In this document: positions 28,900-42,116 of the stretch, piece after piece
How positions within the stretch are numbered: the stretch's first letter is position 1
Layout of the letters: each line of letters opens with the position of its first letter
From: Eledone cirrhosa
Lineage: Eukaryota
Assembly: GCA_964016885.1 (NCBI GenBank)
Contig: CAXHJY010001283.1
Span: 1 to 64,000 of the forward strand
Length of the DNA stretch: 64,000 nt
Direction: 5' to 3'
Notes under the pieces: generated by a model
Told to the model about the DNA's origin: nothing
Database searches by the model: none
Seen by the model: the letters and a program-made list of their open reading frames with translations, nothing else
Translations under genes and position numbers: made by a program

Positions 28900-30458
28900 C
28901 AGGGCCGTCTTAACGCATGGGCACGCTGGGTAGTTGCCCGGGGGCCCCACGAGGATAGGGGGCCCATGCTAATCTATGTATGTAGCGACCACCTCTCTAA
29001 AGTGTTTTTTTTAAAAAGTTCTGGCAAAATGGTATTAAAATTAATATAATTTTTCTTTACAAAACTGGTCACTCCTTCAAACCGTACACCAGCCACTTTT
29101 TAAAATATTTGTTATAATAAATATATTAATTATAACCTCATAATACTGGCAACAACAACATTTTTTTTAATATAAAAATTCCCTACATAATAAAAAAATT
29201 TTAATTAGAATATTTAGTTTCTGTGGCAATTGAGCATCATGATACCATTACAGTTTTTTGTTTGGTAAGATTTGAATGGCGACCCTCAGGGAATATTTGG
29301 TTTAACCCTTTAGTGTTCAAACCGCCCGAAAACACCCACACTAAACATTTATTCTAAAAATAAACAAACCATCATCAAAATCTCGTCAATTCGAGACTGC
29401 TGCAAGATTAGGCCTTTACCGTGAAAATTAACACTTAATATAGTGAAACAACTTAAAACAACAAGTGTTTTTTTAACTTTGAAAGTGCAAGTAGCGATAC
29501 CGACTTTGAAGGTTTTATACATGGCGACATTCAGAATAAACAAGAAACAAATGATAATATTAGTGATTTATCATCAAATGAATCAGATGTTTATATTTCT
29601 GAAATTTCGTCCGACGATGATTGTTTTGAAAGTGAAAATGAAGGAGATCTCCAGGACGCCATTGAAAATATTACAGCAATGTGGTTGAAAAATACCACAC
29701 CAATATATGTTCCTGATTTTATTTAAATTACTGGTCCACAACACACATTACCTCCCGATGCTAAAGCACTGGATTATTTCTTTTTGTTTTTACCACAAAC
29801 TTTCTTCTAAGTTGTGGCAGAAGAGATTAATCGATATGCCCAACAACAGATTTCAAATCAGGTAAAACCCGATCTGTTATGGCGACCAACAGATGTTGCA
29901 GAAATGCAAGCATTTTTTACCGTAAATAATATGTTCGGTATAAAACAATTTCCAAGACTGTGGAGGAGAAAGTTCATTTTCAAGACTGAGACTTATAAAA
30001 AATCAGCTTCACAGCAGTGTTTGAACTGGCTTTCACTCATGTGTATGGAAAATGAAATCCTGAAAACCATTGACTTCAAGCCAATTATAAAGCAATTCTC
30101 TTCAAAGAAATTTCGCAAATATTTGTATTGACCACCTGATTATTAATAAATAGTTCATCGTAATTTGATACTGCGCGATCTCTGTCTGTATGTTTTATGA
30201 ATTGAATATCATTTGTGCTGAAATTTTTGTGTTTTTCAAGGCTCATGTTATATTGTTCAAACGTTTGTGTTAATTAATCTTTGATGTACCACATGTTTTT
30301 AATGTATAAACACTGATTTCGTTGGAAATACCAATACAATGAATATATCTTTAATTATATTGATCATTTGTATTTTTATTCCTGTGAGTGGTTGTGTAGG
30401 TAGGGGCCTCAGTGCTCTGCTTTGTCCGGGGGCCTATAATGCTGTTAAGATGGCCTTG
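28900..30458 (+). mobile_element. Non-autonomous hAT transposon with 8-bp TSD, carrying a piggyBac left-end fragment
   Basis: TIRs cagggccgtcttaac and gttaagatggccttg. TSD GATGTGGG at 28892-28899 and 30459-30466. hAT dimerisation-domain remnant (LNWLSLMCMENEILKTIDF) near 29965-30130. Confidence 0.9.
29306..29960 (+). mobile_element. piggyBac left end with degenerate transposase N-terminus (PGBD4-like)
   Basis: TTAA|CCCTTTAG end. Translation LDYFFLFLP...VAEEINRYAQQ...WRPTDVAEMQAFF...FGIKQFP. Confidence 0.85.
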
Positions 30459-30488
30459 GATGTGGGGTATATCTCTGGTCTGACTTAC

Positions 30489-30632
30489 CTTCAAAACATA
30501 ACTTCGCAACTCATAGATGTGACTGCGACTGGCTGATGGTGTTTCACGTGGCCAAAAACTAAAACGCAATAGAATCTGGTTACGTCGAGAACGTAACATC
30601 TTGTTACGTTTTGATCGGAACTCCAAGAAGTC
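30489..30632 (-). CDS. NIPSNAP: NipSnap exon (approx. exon 6): [48 protein letters not shown]
   Basis: 144 nt, phase 0/0, ttgcag|...|gtaagt. Matches [27 protein letters not shown]...IYELRSY. Confidence 0.96.
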
Positions 30633-31005
30633 CTGCAATAAAAAAATAAGAGATGTGATATAGCATGTGAGTAAATGAGTGAGAGAGAGAGAGAGAGAGT
30701 ATAGAGTAAGTGTGTGTGAGAGACAAAGACACATACACACAAATATATATTCGTAAGTATGGAAAAACGGATGTAAAAACGATGATGATCACACACACAC
30801 ATATGTATATGAGTGCTACTGATAACATGTAACCCAGTACAACCTGTTGCATGGGAGGGTCTCGGCGACTAAACCGGCAACCCCACCAAGTTTACTTGGT
30901 GAGGAGGGTGATTCTGGACACCCTGCAGGACAAAAAATAAAACCTGACAAAGGGTGGAAGAACTCATAAGAGTCAATGGCCATCCAAAAATGTGTAAAGA
31001 TGTAT

Positions 31006-32869
31006 TCTAGGGTGAGTAAAATTCCCCGAGATCCATGGAGAAGTTCTCTCCAGTGGTCTCTGTCCCTCATTATCGCCGCCATGTCCTGTGTCTCCAACAG
31101 ACCAGTGTCTGTCCTTAGGGCATCAACATACGTTAACCTTGGTCTTCCTCTTCCAGTGTGTCCATGTAGGGGCTCCCACAGGAGCACTGAGTGCAATGTC
31201 AACTCTGGATGTCGGTGAGCATGTCCAGCTAACCTCAGTCTTCTCTGTGTCACTTTTGAGCTGACTTTTGGGAGGCTCCCATACAGCTCTGAGTTCTTCA
31301 TCCTCAGTGTATACAGATTAATGTTCAGAGCCATCCTCAGCATTCTCGTGTAGCACCCGTCCACCATCTGAGTGAGTTTCTTGGTCAGTGTCCAAGTCTC
31401 AGACCTGTACAGCAGCACAGATTCCACTACAGCAATGAGTGCCTGAGATGGAGAAGAAGCTCAGGGACAACCAGAACGGCTTCAGAGAGGGAAGATCAAC
31501 CACCAGTCACATCCTGATGCTGAGGAGGATATTATAGGGAGATAGAGCAAAGTGCCTTCCTGCGGTCATGGTTTTCATTGACTTTAGGAAGGCCTTTGAT
31601 TCTGTGGACCGTTACTGCCTGATGAAGATCTTACAGGCTTATGGCATCCCCAAGAAGATAGTGGACCTGATATCACTGCTCTACACCAACACCCAAGTCA
31701 TTACACCTGATGGGATGACAGAGTTCTTTGAGATACTGTCTGGAGTGCTCCAGGGAGATACATTGGCTCCCTACCTTTTTATCATCGTAGTGGACTATTG
31801 TATGCACCTTGCACTGGAGAAACACCAGGACTCTGGCTTTACTGTAGCACCGGCTCAGAGCAGGAGAGTTAGGGCGAAAAAGGTATCGGATGCTGAATTT
31901 GCCGACGACAGTTTTAATAATAATAATAATAATAATAATGAAATATTGTGTACAGTGCTCAGGTGCACTACAACTCATCAAAAAGTGTATGTATAGTACA
32001 TAGGGTAATGTACAAACATCAGGAAAATGAACAGTGCAAGAGTCATGATATACACATAATAATGAAATTATTGTGTAAAGTGCTCAGGTGCACTACAACT
32101 CGTCAAAGGTGTATGTATAGTACATAGAATAATACACAAATGTCAGGGAAGTACATGTGTGTATGTGTTAGCTGTAGTGTTGGCGGATCTCGGGAAGCAT
32201 GGAGGCCTTAAAGGATGCAGTGTCTCGACAGCTAACAACTGATGCAGGTAGTTTGTTCCATGCTTCAGCAACTCTGAGCGTGAAAAAATGTTTCCGAAAG
32301 TCATGGGAACTGTGCTGTTTTCTTACTTTGTAGGCATGTCCACGTGTGTTAGACACATGGAAATCAAAAAGGTACTCAGGGTTGTTGTTGGCAAGATGGT
32401 TAACAATTTTGTGGGTGTTTACCAAGTCAGTTGCCAGGCGTCGGAGCTTCAATGAAACCATGCCCAGGGAAGCAAGGCGCTCAGAGTATGGTAGATGCCT
32501 GATGGAGGGTATTCACTTGGTTGCACGTCTCTGAACAGTTTCCAGGCGGTCAATGTTGGTGACAAATACAGTGAAGGAGGCAGAGGATTTGATGCAGGAG
32601 GTTGAGACTGTGTCGATGAGTGTGGTGCTGAGAATGAATGAGACTAAAACAAAATATCTGGTAGAGAATGTTGAGAAGCCAGAGGGGATCAGTAATGTAG
32701 GCGGGAAGCCGCTAGAATTGGTTGAGGGCTTCCTGTATTTGGGAGCAAAGATTGGGAATACAGAAGATGATGTGGTTGAGAGGAAGAGAAAGGCCTGGGC
32801 GGTGTGCCACAGCTTGAGTTTGGTGTGGAAGTCGGACCTTTGGAAAGACCTGAAAATCCGCCTCTTCAT
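31006..32869 (-). mobile_element. RTE family C insertion with 5' inversion and 13-bp TSD, later interrupted by CR1
   Basis: 3' part on minus strand (31006-31436). Inverted RT part on plus strand (31440-31912 and 32552-32869; FIDFRKAFDS, GVLQGDTLAPYLF, FADD). TSD tgtaaagatgtat at 30993-31005 and 32870-32882. Confidence 0.88.
31913..32551 (-). mobile_element. CR1-clade LINE 3' fragment
   Basis: LETVQRRATK...TRGHAYK...RKHFFTLRVAEAWNKLP; (TTA)n tail. Confidence 0.85.
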
Positions 32870-33405
32870 TGTAAAGATGTATATACATGTGTATGTATGT
32901 ATATATATATACATGTATTCATGTGTATGTATATGCACGGGGACATACAAATAATTGGACTGGATACCCACTTGCGCGGTTAAACCACTGGGAGTGAAGG
33001 ACCCCTAGCCTTTGTCAGGGCATTCTTCTAGGAAAAGGCAACTCAGGAAACTGGGATAACTCCGATATAAAACCTGTGGCTAAGTAGTTACCGATGATGT
33101 TGATCTTTTCTTCTTTTCGGGTTATAGCTACTGTCGCTCAGAGAGTGGGATTGATTCAGTGCACAGTCTTTCCTCACTTTAAAAAAGTGAGAGAACGGTC
33201 AGAGATACACTGGCTCTTCCGATGATTTTGTTTCAATATTATTATGTATGAATATATATATATTCAGGTTTGTGGTTCACCACTGTATAGAGCTGGTCTA
33301 TTCCGTATGGCCAATTGTAATGTAATAATATAGAGAGTACTCAACGTAAGGCAGTTCAACCGTCTTTATTTTTGTAGTTGGTGGTGCTATTACGGAGTTA
33401 AATAT

Positions 33406-33461
33406 TATAATGAAATGACAGGAGGCTGGATTTACACAAATCCAGCCTCCTGTCATTTCAT

Positions 33462-33465
<4 letters not shown>
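33406..33465. repeat. Perfect 28-bp-arm inverted repeat with 4-nt loop
   Basis: tataatgaaatgacaggaggctggattt-acac-aaatccagcctcctgtcatttcattata. Confidence 0.95.
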
Positions 33466-33489
<24 letters not shown>

Positions 33490-33494
<5 letters not shown>

Positions 33495-34070
33495 TTATAT
33501 TGTTATACTTTGGGAGGGTCAAAAACACATGCACCTGTTGATTTTCACTTCAATTTATAAATTTACGGTTGGTTGGTTCAATAACTGTAAAGTTGTTTAT
33601 ATATTGTCAAAGTTCTTTTGTCACATTCTGTGACCTCCTCAATGACTAAGCTTATATTTTGTGTGTTGTGTTTAGTTTGCGCATGTGTTACATCCGTGTG
33701 TGTGTGTGTTTATTTACTTGTCACTAGTTGGTTATTTGTTCTATCTGTGTGACTGATTTGTTTTGTTAGCTTGGTTTTTGTGTGTGTCTGTGTGTCTTCA
33801 TTTTGTCCTTGATTACTAGTGATGTTGCTTTTCCACTCATGTTTTCTGTTTGATTTGGGTTGGAGTTTGTTTATATTTGTTGCCTCAGCGAGGATATAAT
33901 TTTTATCTCTATGTTCTTTAATGTGCCCCTATGTTCTATTTTGGGATATTGATGGAGTACTGAGGAGTTTTTCCAATCCCGGAGTTCTCACTTCCTTTCT
34001 CCTTTGGTTGTCTCACATGATAGATTCTTTGAACAGATGATTATTGAGCTTTGTGCAGAGAATCATTATT
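33490..34070. repeat. Unclassified dispersed repeat
   Basis: Homologous to 15050-15640/16106-16240 and 10912-11030. Provides the empty site for the RTE insertion at 15641. Confidence 0.7.
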
Positions 34071-34094
34071 GATATATATTTTATATATATTGAT

Positions 34095-34805
34095 TAAACC
34101 TAAAATTAGTATGTATCATCATCATCACCGTTTTACGTCCGTTCTTCCACGCTAGCATGGGTTAGACGAGTTGTCCTGTTGTGGGCAGTGCCTGGTCGGC
34201 TGACCATGCCTTGCTCATACAGGAACTGATTTGCTTGATTTCTACAGCCGGATGCCCTTCCTAACACCAACCTCATTTACAGTGAGTGCTGGGTGCTTTT
34301 TCGCGGCGCCTACACGTCCACTTTACAGTGTGGGCTGGGTGCTTTTTTTGCCGTGGCACCTCCACGACCACCTTGTGGTGGGGGGTGTGGGGGCATATTG
34401 TGTATATGCTTCAGCTTGTACCCATGGGAGGTCGGGTACTCTGTATTACTGCGTGACGCCAGAAGTCACGATCGTGTGTCATTGCCTTTGAGAGGTGTAA
34501 TTGGGTAAGGTCGGCTTTTATCACCTCATCCCAGGTTATCTTGGGTCTCCCCACTCCGCGGTTTCCATCGACTTCTAGTGTTCTGCACCCTTTTATGCAG
34601 CTGTCATCCTTCATACGCATCACATGTCCATACCAACACAACCACCTCTCCTGCACACAGCATTTGATTCCTCTTATGCTCAGTCTCCCTCTCAATTCAT
34701 TTATGCTTTGTCGTTCACGTATATTACTGTTACACATCCATCGGAGCATGCAGGCTTCGTTTCTCTCTAATCTACGTAAGTCTTCCACCTTCAGCGCCCA
34801 GGTCT
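34095..34805 (-). mobile_element. RTE family A 3' fragment, close relative of 49925-50622
   Basis: [27 protein letters not shown]...; full 3' UTR. Confidence 0.92.
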
Positions 34806-35281
34806 GTATGTATATATATATATAAAAATAAACTTTTTAATATGTATGTGTGTGTGTAATATATCCATCATTGTCAATTAACGCCCATCTTCCACGCTAG
34901 CATGGGTTTTGCCCCAATTAGAGGCAAGTTGTGTCGGGTGATTGTGTCTCACTCTAAAGGAGAGTTTCGGGCTGGTTTTCTACAGCTGGATGCCCTTCCT
35001 AATGCCAACCACATTTACAGTGTGGACTGGGAGCCTTTTTACCATGTCTCCTCCACAATCACTTTACAGTGTGGGCTGGATGTTCTCTACAGTGTGGACT
35101 AGGGAGGGGGAAAAAGATGTGGACAGGGTAGTAGGGGAGATATGGTTACTGCTAAGGGAGGTGGATGAGAGGGGATAGCAGGTTGAGGAAGATGTTGCCT
35201 ACTAGGTATAAGTCTTATCCCTAGAACAATGGAGGGTGGGTCTTCTGTAAAACTGCATAGCACCAAAGGTCAAGGTCCTGA

Positions 35282-35319
<38 letters not shown>

Positions 35320-35351
35320 TTTTGATATATATATGTGTGTGTAATATATAT

Positions 35352-37915
35352 CATCATCATCATCGTTTATCTTCCACGCTAGCATGGGTTAGATTGTTTT
35401 GTCCCACTTGAGGCGAGATTGATCAGGAGACCGTGTCTCACTCGTACAGAACTGTCCCTGTCAGGTTTTCCACAACTGGTGCCCTTCCTAATGCCAACCA
35501 CATTTACAGTGTGGACTGGGAGCCTTTTTACCGTGACTCCTCCACAACCACTTTACAGTGTAGACTGGGTCCTTTTTATCGTGTCACCGACATGACCACT
35601 TTACAGTGGATGGAAATGAGAGGATGGAGTAGGGTGTGAGGGGTGGGGTGTGTATTTGGTTAAGAGGTGCCTACTGTCTGTAGGTTTAAGATTGTTTGCA
35701 AGGGAAGGCAGGTCTTCTGTACAACTGCATGGCGCCAAAGACCTTGATCCAGTGACATTGTCTTAGAGAGGGGTAAGTGAGCAAGGTCAGTTTTTATCCC
35801 CTCATCCCAGATTTTTCTTGGTCTACCCACTCCGTAACTTCCATCAATTTTCATTGCCCTGCACTTTTTTATATAGCTGTTGTCCTTCATATGTATCACA
35901 TGTCCATACCAACGCAATCTACTCATGGAATTTCTACCTACTCCTTTCTTACACACTGAGCATGGCCCTTTCCCTGAGGGCACCTGTGCCCTATTCTCCT
36001 TTCTACAAACTAGAACTTTAGTCTTAGACAAGTTAACTTTAAGGCCTTTCGATTCTAGGCCATGCTTACATGTTTGGAATTTCTTCTCTAGTTCAGCCAT
36101 AGATTCAGCTATGAGAGTTAGATCATCTGCATATAGAAGTTCCCATGGGCAGCCAATCTTAAACCCCACTGTTAATAAACAGGAGGGGGCTAAGGATGGA
36201 GCCTTGGTGAACACCAACTTTTATGCTAAATTCTTCACTGTATTCATTGTTAATTTTAACCTTACTGACTGTTTCTTTATACATGGCTTGTATAGCTCTC
36301 ACAAGCCATTCATCTACACCTAGTTTTCTAAGGGCCCACCAGATAATGGAGCAGGGGACTCTGTCAAAGGCTTTCTCCAAGTCAACAAAAACTTAGAGGG
36401 GTTTACTTTTAGCTAGGTACTTCTCCTGTTGTTGCCGTACAAGGAAAAGAGCGTCTGTGGTACTTTTACCTGACACAAACACAAACTGCATTTCATCTAG
36501 ATCAATTCTCTCTCTGATTAGTTGTGTTATAACTTTTTCTGTGACCTTCATGACCTGGTCAACTAATTTAATACCTCTCTAGTTTTCTCGATCTAGGGCA
36601 TCTCTTTTACCCTTGTAACAGTTGACGATGTTGCTGCTATGCCAGTCATTTGGTATGACCTCATTCAGTATAACTTAGTTTACTATCCGGGTGACCATAG
36701 TATGTCCCACCATTCCAGATGCTTTCAACATCCCAGCAACTATCTCCGAAGGCCCAGCTGCCTTGCCTGTCTTCATATCTTTGATTACCTTACTTACTAC
36801 ACTACCATCAACTTGCACTGCTGGTCCTTCTATTGGATCATTTAGTAGTCTCTCGTAGTGACACTTCCAAGCTATCTTATCAGTATCAGTGAGGGCAAGT
36901 ACACCATCGTCATTACGGACGCACATCTTCCTGGCAATATAATTCTCCTTGACATATTGCCTCACAATCCTGAACACTCCATGTCTTTGACCCTCACGTA
37001 GTAGAATATACTTGAACTTACTATCTTCTGCTTCCCTGTTTGCGAAGTACACTCGTCTCCTAGCTACCCAATAGAGTTCTCTACTATCCCCATCCTGCCA
37101 TTCTTTCCAAGCCTGCTTTTTGCCCTTGATGGACTCCTCCACCTTACTGTTCCACCACCATGTCACTCTCCTCCTACCTATAGGTCTGCTCCAGCCACAG
37201 ATTTCATCTGTCGCCTTCAACAGGTTAAATTTCAAGAATTCCCACTGTTCCTCTATATTGTATGTCTCTAATTGCTCTTCCTTACTGTCAAAAGCATCAA
37301 GTAATATGCTTTTAAATTTGTTACTGGCTGTGGGGTCCTTCAACTTCCATATTCTTCTCAAGGTAGTCCTCCTCTGTCGTCGAGTACATCTGGTCCTGAC
37401 TATGAGGTCACTAACTATGAGGCTATGTTGGGAGGTGCATTCTTCGTGAGGGAGGGACTTAGTGTTTACAACAGACACTCTGTCACGTCTTCTAGTAAGG
37501 ATATAATCTATCTGGCTGGCGTGTTCCCCTGATCTATTGGTGATGAAATGATTGTCTTGTTTTTTTGAAGTTTGTGTTACAGATAGTTAGGTTATTAGCG
37601 TCACAGGATTCCAGGATTCTGAAGCCTTCTTCATTTCTATTACCAACCCCATAGCCTCCATGGATTCCGTCATAGCCATCACTATGTTGTCCAATGTGAC
37701 CGTTTAGGTCGCCAGCAATAATTTTGTAGTCACTGTCAGTTACTTGGGAGGTAGCGAGCATTAGCAACTCATAGAACCTGTCTTTTATAACATCTGGTAG
37801 TCCAGATTGGGGTGCATAAGCAGATATTATTGACACAGTTGTTCTATTTAGAACTAGTCTTATTTTAATTATTCTGTCATTCACTCTATTAATGGCAATT
37901 ACCTTATCTACCCAT
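35352..37915 (-). mobile_element. Internally deleted RTE family A element with AP-endonuclease and RT remnants
   Basis: IISAYAPQ, IIAGDLNGHIG, IDYIL, SQHSL (APE); KAAGPS, DLEKAFDRVP, ELLYADDL (RT). Confidence 0.92.
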
Positions 37916-37932
37916 TTATATATATACATATA

Positions 37933-38135
37933 TAGTTGGCGTTCCTTCGGCAACTGTTGAAACCAGCGCAATGATTCATCTACCATCTCTTCTAATGAAG
38001 TGAAAAGAAATTTTCAAAGATGTTGCTTTAATAACTTGAACACCTAACGATCACAAATTTAAGTTGAGACAATAGGGTGATTGTCACTATTCTCCTCTGG
38101 AAAATATCTTTTGTGGATTGAGCAGTTCGATGCAT
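37933..38135 (-). mobile_element. Decayed mariner-like transposase C-terminal fragment
   Basis: Frameshifted translation HRTAQSTKD...LNLCDR*VFKLLKQHL...FTSLEEMVDESLRWFQQLPKE resembles the region after the mariner YSPDL motif. Confidence 0.55.
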
Positions 38136-38402
38136 GAATTATAAACTCACAAGAATGACAATAAAATAATTATACATAGGCCTGTGACAAAATACAGCAT
38201 TCATACAGAATATCGCACACATACAACAAAGTTCAAATTCCAACTAATATTAACTACATTTACTGCTATATACGGCACAACCTACTATACGTTATTGCCA
38301 CGCCAAATATATATACACACATACATACATAGAGAGTGGATAGGAAAGGTTTAAGACAACGAAAGATTAGTACAAATTTATAGAGAAACAACCACAATTT
38401 AC

Positions 38403-38473
38403 CTTGTCAGTTCTATACTTCACTGTGGCATTGTTTAATGCTGGGTAGCCACCATCGTATTCCCAGATGTGAA
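38403..38473 (-). CDS. NIPSNAP: NipSnap exon (approx. exon 5): HIWEYDGGYPALNNATVKYRTDK
   Basis: 71 nt, atacag|...|gtaaat. Matches NIPSNAP HLWRYEGGYPAL. Confidence 0.95.
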
Positions 38474-38526
38474 CTGTATGGTAGAAAAAACAAAAATGTA
38501 AAATTTACAGAAGCTTACACCAATTT

Positions 38527-39040
38527 AAGCTTAACTGGTGTCCTACGAGGTTTTGGGTGTTTTAATGATAGGGACCCCAGTCCTATCATGTTACATCTCA
38601 TACCTATGTAGGTTTAGCTGTTCTCTTACAAGGTTGTATCTCATAGGAGGTTTCTTGGGTGTTTTAATGATAGGGACCCCAGTCCTATCATGAAAAGACA
38701 GGACACCAGTCTTTTGCGAGAGTCAACCTCCAGTTGTTGCTGGTACTCATTTCTTTTCAGCTGTGTGGACTTGAGCAATGTGAAATGAATTTCTTAACCC
38801 CTTAGCATTTAAACCGGCCAGAATTCTCTCACCTATTTCTGTTCAAACCATTCATCGCCAGCTGCTCATAATAACTGCTCATGATAAATAATATCAAAAT
38901 CTTACAGATTCAATTTCATGTAAAATAATTATGTGAAATAAAGTGTTTACCATGAAAACACAATAGTACATATAGAGTAAGGTAAATGCTAAAGGGCAAC
39001 CTTATGATTGTGAGTTCAACACCTTAGCCATTAGGCCACG
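38527..39040 (-). mobile_element. tRNA-SINE remnant interrupted by a piggyBac-type MITE (38798-38996)
   Basis: MITE ends ttaa|ccccttagcattta and taaatgctaaaggg. The SINE body recurs at 28687-28810 and in the 44662-45283 array. Confidence 0.65.
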
Positions 39041-39139
39041 GACTTTCATTTTTGCAACAGTCCTGATAGAAACATAAATATTCAGATATATGCATAACTC
39101 AAGCTAGCATAGAAAGTGGATGTTTAACGATGATGATGA

Positions 39140-39189
<50 letters not shown>

Positions 39190-39400
39190 ATATATATAAC
39201 CCGAAAAGAAGAAAAGATCAACATCATCGGTAACTACTGAGCTGCAGGTTTTATATCGGAGTTATCCCAGTTTCCTGAGTTGCCTTCTCCTAGAAGAATG
39301 CCCTGACAAAGGCTAGGAGTCCTTCACTCCCAGTGGTTTAACCGCGCGATTGGGTTTCCGGGCCAATTATTTCTATGTCTGCACGCATATATACACACAT

Positions 39401-41775
39401 GATTGACTTCTTGCTAATTAGGCAAATACTAAGGCATACCCTGGGGAAGAATGTACCGCCCAACACAGGTTAGTTGTTAGTGACATCTCAGTAAGCAAGA
39501 GATGGAATGAGACATACAGGAAGGTGTGGAAAAAAAAAGTCTGGAAGCTAAAAGACCTTTCACTTAAATATAAATTTAGGAAAGCCCTTCAAGATGTGTA
39601 TGACGAAAAAGAAGACGATTTAGAATTGTATGACATAGATGATAACTGGAATTTCTTACGTGACAACTTACTGCAGGCTACTGATGAAACTTGTGGCTGG
39701 AGCAGAGCTCCAATCAGACAGAGAGTGAACTGGTGGTGGAACAGCACAGTAGATAAGGCCATTAGAGACAAAAGACTAGCATGGAAGGCTTGGAAAAAGG
39801 GTGGGAGTAGGGAAGGATATACAGCCGCTAAGAGAGAAGCTAGACGTCAGGTGTACTTAGCACACAGGGAGGCGGAGAGTAGGGGGTTTGCCAATGTTCT
39901 GCGACGGGAAAATCAGAGGCGTGCGGTGTTCCACATTGCAAGGCAGTGTGTCAATGCAAATCAGGATATTGTGGGAGATAAATGTGTCCAGGATGATGCC
40001 GGTGTACTTAGTGTCACGAATGATCAGAAAAAGGAGGCCTGGAAATGTCATTATGAGAGACTGGTGAATGTGGAGAACGAATGGGAGAGAGAGAAATTAC
40101 CCTTAATAGATCCGACAGAGGGACCAGCTATTGAGATTGACGAATATAGGGTCCAAGAGGTGATTAGGGAAATGAAAAATGGTAAGGTTGCTGGACCATC
40201 GGGGATAGTTGCTGAGATGCTGAAGGCATCAGGGGACGTAGGCACTAAACTGGTTGCACGCATCATCAATCAGGCTATATATGGTGGTGTCATACCCAAA
40301 GACTGGTGCAGCAGTATTCTCATAAATTGCTACAAAGGTAAAGGGAATGCTCTGGAGAGGAGCAATTATAGGGGTATAAAACTGATAGATCAGGTTATGA
40401 AAGTGGCAGAAAGGATATTAGCACAACTAATTAGAGAAAGGGTCAAACTAGATGAGATGCAGTTTGGTTTTGTGCCTGGGAAGAGTACAACAGATGCCCT
40501 CTTCTTGGTGAGACAATTACAAGAGAGGTTCTTAGGGAAAAATAAGCCACTATACTTAGCCTTTGTTGACCTAGAGAAGGCCTTTGACAGGGTACTCCGA
40601 TCTGTCATCTGGTGGTCCCTAAGGAAACTAAGTGTTGAAGAATGGCTTGTGAGGACAGTGCAAACTTTGTACAGAGGTACTGTCAGTAAAGTCAGGGTAA
40701 GAATGGAGTTTAGTGAGGAATTCCAGATTCAAGTAGGAGTACATCAAGGTTCGGTCCTCAGCCCACTCTTATTCATTATAGTCCTCCAAGCCATAACAGA
40801 GGAGTTTAAGACTGGCTGTCCATGGGAACTTCTCTATGCTGACGATCTGGTTCTTATAGCAGAATCAGTAGAGGAGCTAGAGAATAAATTCTAGCTATGG
40901 AAACAGCAGTTGGAAGCAAGAGGACTGAGAGTGAACGAAGCTAAGACAAAAATGTTGATGAGTAGAAAAGAGGAAATGGCTATGTTCGATATGCAGAAAA
41001 GGAACTGGCATAAATTCTATAAAATGCACACAATGCAGATACTGGGTACACAAGAGATGTAGTGGGCTAGCAGGCAAACTAACAGGTAGGGAGAAATACG
41101 TATGCAGTAGATGTACAGGCAAATTAAACAGAAGTCTCATTGATAGACAAATTTTTCAAATGCAGGCAGGTGCTATAGAAGTGGTGGATAGCTTCCGGTA
41201 CCTAGGAGATCAGATTAGCATGGGAGGAGGGTGTTCCGAGGCCATAGTATCTAGAATAAGGATGGGTTGGAAGAAGTTTAGGGAGCTGCTTCCTCTGTTG
41301 ACGAAGAAGGGTTTCTCCCCGCGTACGAAAGGCCGGTTATAAGATGCCTGTGTGAGGAGCGCGATGCTGCATGGTAGTGAGACATGGGCAGCAACTGCAG
41401 AGGATATGCGACGGCTGGAGAGAAATGAGGCAAGCATGCTCCGTTGGATGTGCAGTGTAAATGTGTGTGAACGACCCAGCATGAATGTGTTGAGAGAGAA
41501 ACTGTGTCTGAGAGGGATAGAATGTAGTGTATGGGAGAGGAGACTGAGGTGGTATGGACATGTGATGCGCATGGAGGATGACCGATCGGTGAAGAAGTGC
41601 CAGGAAATGCCAGTTGAAGGAAGACATGGTAAGAGGTAGACCACGAAAAACATCATATCGTTGAAGCACACGGTGGAGATGACGAAGGACCGTGAAAAGT
41701 GGAGAGATACTGTGCTGAATAAGACCCGTCCCACCCTTGCAAGCAGGGAAAAGCAGACGTTAAATGATGATGATG
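39401..41775 (+). mobile_element. RTE family B LINE, about 2.4 kb, with 456-aa open RT frame
   Basis: End of APE (IDFLL...EECTAQHRLV), NYRGIKL, QFGFVPGKSTTDA, GVHQGSVLSP, LYADDL; stops at 40892 and 41340; (GAT)n tail. Confidence 0.95.
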
Positions 41776-42083
41776 ATAATATAAAACTCAAAACTAAAAC
41801 TGAATACTAACTAATACTTATTACTAATTTATACTTATTCCTAATTAAACTATTTTTCACTGGGAAAAATTTGTCAGCATTTTCTTTTCCTTTTTTACTA
41901 ATATATATATATATATGTGTATTTTAATTATGTCTCATATAAAATAATACAACTGGCTATCTGCAAAATACATATAGTTAGCACCCTAAACATAAAATTG
42001 GGATTATACTAAGGTATATCCTAATGTTTGTTGAGTGAGATGGAAGCCAGTCAGAGTATAGCTTAAAGCTTTCTCTGTTAATG

Positions 42084-42116
<33 letters not shown>

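Noticed and set aside
29814-30131. Functional piggyBac-hAT fusion protein
   Set aside because: Short, with stops immediately upstream and no catalytic domain.
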